64,000 bases of DNA from Terriglobia bacterium (lineage in GTDB: Bacteria; Acidobacteriota; Terriglobia; 20CM-2-55-15). The notes beneath the pieces were generated by a model, which was not told where the DNA came from, made no database searches, and was given only the letters and a program-made list of their open reading frames with translations. Each line of letters opens with the position of its first letter. Positions within the stretch are counted from its first letter, which is position 1. Shown piece after piece: positions 60,520 to 64,000 of this stretch. Location: the NCBI GenBank assembly GCA_965198225.1, contig CBDAOY010000006.1, forward strand, positions 544,001-608,000, written 5' to 3'. The translations under genes were made by a program, and so were the position numbers.

Positions 60520-60912
60520 ATGAATCAAATCTTTCGGTTCTCCAGTGCGGTCAAGCGGGATGCAGCCATCGATGCCTGGATGAAAGAGCATTCGGGTGAC
60601 TTGGGGGCTATCGCGCGGCATTGGTTTGACGTCATGCGCGAGCGTGGAGACGATGTTCGAGAACTATTGCATGACGGCCATCCGACCGCGTGCGTAGCGG
60701 ACGCAGCATTCGCCTACGTCAACGCGTTCACGGCCCACGTCAATGTGGGGTTTTTCCGTGGCGCCGAGCTTGCGGATCCGGGGCAGCTGCTGGAAGGCAC
60801 CGGCAAGTACATGCGCCATGTGAAGCTCAGGCCCGAAAGCGACGTCGACGCTACGGCGCTAATCAAGCTAATCGATGCTGCATACACTGAGATGAAGGGG
60901 CGCCTCGACTAG
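60520..60912 (+). CDS. DUF1801 domain protein
   Basis: HVNVGFFRGAELADP..LLEGTGKYMRHVKL. Confidence 0.85.
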   Translation: MNQIFRFSSAVKRDAAIDAWMKEHSGDLGAIARHWFDVMRERGDDVRELLHDGHPTACVADAAFAYVNAFTAHVNVGFFRGAELADPGQLLEGTGKYMRHVKLRPESDVDATALIKLIDAAYTEMKGRLD

Positions 60913-61084
60913 GAAGAGTGAAACGCTTGCAGCGGTCGCCATAGGCGTGGAATCCACAGACGCCGAACCCGGTCTGGATCGTCGTCACCGACGATCCAGA
61001 CACGAGTAACGGGGCCCAATTCAGGGGCAGAGGACGCCCCAGGCGGGTGAGGCGATCAGAGTCGGCTCATCGCAGCGCGGGCCG

Positions 61085-62560
61085 TCAGGGCTTCTGCCAG
61101 CGCTGCCGCGGCGCCAGACGGCCGCTCCCCGCCTCGCTCAGGATCTGCCCGTTCTCGTAAACCACCTCGCCGCGGCGGATCGTGACGGTCGGCCAGCCGG
61201 TCACCTCCCGCCCGTCGAAGATCGAGAACCTCCCGTTCGACAGGATATCCTCGTCCCGGATGGTGCGGGTGAGGTCGGGATCCCAGATCACGACGTCGGC
61301 ATCGGATCCTACCGCGATCGTGCCCTTCTGAGGATAGAGACCGAACATCTTGGCCGGACTGGCCGAAGACAGCTCCACCATCTTCTCGAGCGTGATCCGC
61401 CCCTTGCGCACGCCTTCGGAGTAGAGCAGAGGCATCTGGTCCTGGAGGTAGTTAGCGGCGTTGCGGGACCGGAAGATGGAGTTCTCCGGGTCCATCTTCT
61501 CGGCGCGCGTGTAGCCGACGTGGTCGGTGTTCACCGTGTCGACGCTCCCGCGGGTAATCGCGCCCCAGAGGTAGTCCTGGTCGGTCTTGTCGCGCAGCGG
61601 GGGGGCGCCCGTGTAGATCTGGCCGTCGGGCTGGTTGAAGCGGTCCCGGGTCAGGTGCAGGTAGATGAACCGGACCTCCGTGAACACCGGCAGCCCGCGC
61701 GAACGGGCCTCCTCGGCGACGCGCATCGCGCGCTCCGACGACATGTGGACCAGGTAGATCGGGGCACCGGTCGCCTCGCTGATGCCGACCGCGCGCCGGG
61801 TGGCGACCTCCTCGGCGACCACGGGCCCGGCCTCGGCGAAGTTCTGACCCTCGAGGGAGGTCCGCCCTTCGGCCCGCATTCGCTCCCGCGTCGTTGAGAT
61901 GATCGCGGAGTCTTCGGCGTGCAACATCGTGAGCACGCCCGCGGCGCCCGCCGCGCGGATCAGGTCGACGTTGCCCGCAGCGTTCTCGTCGAACGCCGGC
62001 CGCACCATGAAGATCTTGAGGGTCACCTGCCGTTCGAGCAGGGTCGCCACGTCGGCCGGAGAGAGAGTCGTCGGATCGCTTGCCGTGTAGTGGAGAATCA
62101 CGTCGGCCATCGCCTGCCGCCGCGCGACCTCCATGGCCTCCCCCAGCGTGGTTTCCGCGCTGACGCCGGGCTCCTGGCTGATGAAGTTACCGATGGTTGT
62201 CACGCCGCCCGCGAAGGCCGACCGCGACGCCGACGTGTAGTCGTCGGCTCCCTGGGGGGTTTCAGGGTTCCGAACCGGCCTCAGGTGCACGTGCGGATCG
62301 ATGCCGCCAGGAAGGACCATCTTCCCGGCCGCGTCGATCACCCGGGCGCCGTCCGCTGGGGTCAAGTCCGGCCCGATCTCCGCGATCGTGCCGTTGCGGA
62401 TGCGCACGTCGCCCGGCGTGCGTCCCTCGGCGGTCACGATCAGCCCGTTGCTGATGAGGAGCTCTGCCGGCTGCTGAGCCACCGCGTTGCCGGCGAACAC
62501 CAGCGCGAGACACACGATCCAACCCGCCACCTTCGGCTGCCACCGCTTCGTCATTTCCAT
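61085..62560 (-). CDS. Dihydropyrimidinase/hydantoinase-like cyclic amidohydrolase with signal peptide
   Basis: PGGIDPHVH, GGVTT, LKIFM, LHAE, VHMSS, TDH, KGTIAVGSDADVVIWDP. Confidence 0.88.
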   Translation of the reverse strand: MEMTKRWQPKVAGWIVCLALVFAGNAVAQQPAELLISNGLIVTAEGRTPGDVRIRNGTIAEIGPDLTPADGARVIDAAGKMVLPGGIDPHVHLRPVRNPETPQGADDYTSASRSAFAGGVTTIGNFISQEPGVSAETTLGEAMEVARRQAMADVILHYTASDPTTLSPADVATLLERQVTLKIFMVRPAFDENAAGNVDLIRAAGAAGVLTMLHAEDSAIISTTRERMRAEGRTSLEGQNFAEAGPVVAEEVATRRAVGISEATGAPIYLVHMSSERAMRVAEEARSRGLPVFTEVRFIYLHLTRDRFNQPDGQIYTGAPPLRDKTDQDYLWGAITRGSVDTVNTDHVGYTRAEKMDPENSIFRSRNAANYLQDQMPLLYSEGVRKGRITLEKMVELSSASPAKMFGLYPQKGTIAVGSDADVVIWDPDLTRTIRDEDILSNGRFSIFDGREVTGWPTVTIRRGEVVYENGQILSEAGSGRLAPRQRWQKP

Positions 62561-62926
62561 CGTTCTCTCCCCCGAGCAGACGCTCGTGATGCGTACCGTA
62601 AGGTCAGAGAGCCGAGGGCGGCCCACCGTCCTGTCCTGCCGAAGGAGCATAGACGAAATAGGAGTCCCTTCCCAGATAGAAATTCCCCACTGACGGCCGC
62701 GCCCCGGAGGAAGGTCCGACCTCGTCTGAAAGCTCGAAAAGGGCGGGCCTTGTTAAGAAAGCCAGATGTCCTCCTTTTGGTAAGGACAGGTGTCCGTGGC
62801 TAATCTCTTGCTTTCCGTGCCGACCAGCAACTTCTTGCAGATTCGTCACCCGCTATGGCTGAATTAGCCATGTCCGCCGGAAAGAACGTCCGTCTGGTGC
62901 CGGATAACAAGATGAGGAAAACTAAA

Positions 62927-64000
62927 ATGAAGAGTGTCATGAGGGGTAGAAGTGCGCTGAGTTTGGTTCTAGCCACAATCGTCACCGCTGGAATTCATTT
63001 TGTGCTCGCCGGTGGGGTGGCGCTCGGGCAATCCCAGGAATTCGACCTCCACGAAGCGACGATCAAAGACATCCACGACGCTATCCAGTCAGGCCAAGTC
63101 ACTTGCCAGGGAGTCGTGCAGGCGTATATCAATCGCGCGAAGGCCTATAACGGCGTCTGCACGCAGCTCCTCACCGAAGACGGAGCACCGACTCGTCCGC
63201 CTTCCGGTTATGTTCGAGCGGGTTCGCCGCTAGTGTTTCCGACTGAGACTCGCTCTGTATCGAGCTTCCTACCGGACTTTGATCAGTATCAAGGTCTGCC
63301 ACTCGACCTTGGCAGAATGGAGCCGACCGCGTCGGACCCAAGCGTAGAGCAACAGTACGGCATGATTTCGGGTGTGCCGAATGCGGGCCAGCTCAACGCA
63401 CTTGAAACGGTAAACATACGTGGCGAGCGATCTGTCACATGCAAAGCCGAGTGTGACATGCATCCATCATCGGGCGGTCTTCCGGGATCGTGCCCGGCCG
63501 TCTGCGAAGAGTTTCGGCGGCAACCGGACGCCCTGGAGCGAGCTGCCGAATTGGATGCGCAATACGGTAGGAGTCCGGACCTCGGCCAGCTGCCGCTCTA
63601 CTGCACTACTTTCTCGGTCAAGGATTGGTATGACATCAAGGACATGCGCTCGACAGGTGGGAACGACGTCGCCTTTGCCATGGATGTCCCCCGGAAGGAT
63701 TCGAAAATTGTGGCGGACCTTCGTGATAAAGGGGCGATCATCTACGCCGTATCCATCGCCAACGAACTTCGCTATGGCGCGGATGGCCCTGCTGAACCAA
63801 TAAGGTCTTATGTCGGCGAAAGCGGCCTCATCAGGAGTAGTTGGGGCGGCCATGTTTGCAACCCTTATGATACCGAGCGCTCTGCCGGACCTTCCAGCGG
63901 TGGCGCGGGTACGTCGGTATCTGCCAATTTGGTGACCTGCGCCATCTGTGAAACGACCGGCGGTTCCTGTCGCGAGCCCGCCGATCAGAATGCGGTACCG
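62927..64000 (+). CDS. Exported amidase (amidase signature family), runs off the window end
   Basis: Read directly because it is absent from the ORF track: signal peptide, EATIKDIHDAI, SVKDWYD, PYDTERSAGPSSGG, ETTGGSCREPA. Confidence 0.85.
   Translation, partial: MKSVMRGRSALSLVLATIVTAGIHFVLAGGVALGQSQEFDLHEATIKDIHDAIQSGQVTCQGVVQAYINRAKAYNGVCTQLLTEDGAPTRPPSGYVRAGSPLVFPTETRSVSSFLPDFDQYQGLPLDLGRMEPTASDPSVEQQYGMISGVPNAGQLNALETVNIRGERSVTCKAECDMHPSSGGLPGSCPAVCEEFRRQPDALERAAELDAQYGRSPDLGQLPLYCTTFSVKDWYDIKDMRSTGGNDVAFAMDVPRKDSKIVADLRDKGAIIYAVSIANELRYGADGPAEPIRSYVGESGLIRSSWGGHVCNPYDTERSAGPSSGGAGTSVSANLVTCAICETTGGSCREPADQNAVP

Overview
GC-rich bacterial window, most likely Acidobacteriota (inferred from an Acidobacteria-type VWA protein, an ADOP-like permease tail, Ser/Thr kinase-TolB fusions and expanded DUF5916 genes). 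It is a heavily rearranged accessory region with no rRNA, tRNA or CRISPR array that I can see. Mobile DNA: an intact IS4 (13-bp TIRs, 9-bp TSD), an IS21 (istA/istB) that splits a DUF4157/HExxH gene in frame, two IS91-family remnants, a CTAG-ended MITE whose ends also appear at gene breakpoints, and nested GTAG-REP structures. Cargo is mostly exported hydrolases and redox enzymes: two amidases, two amidohydrolases, two serine hydrolases, an S9 peptidase, a PQQ dehydrogenase with cytochrome c, a di-heme peroxidase and a Mo-oxidoreductase. It also holds three DUF5916 genes, an ECF sigma/anti-sigma pair, a hybrid kinase and many pseudogene fragments. Best novelty candidate: a stand-alone secD preceded by a small ORF with a signal-like N-terminus ending ...RAPDDILAKHHVLRI, plus mutually exclusive hairpins over the secD ribosome-binding site. 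This looks like an undescribed translation-arrest secretion monitor. All family assignments come from motif recognition by eye, not database searches.
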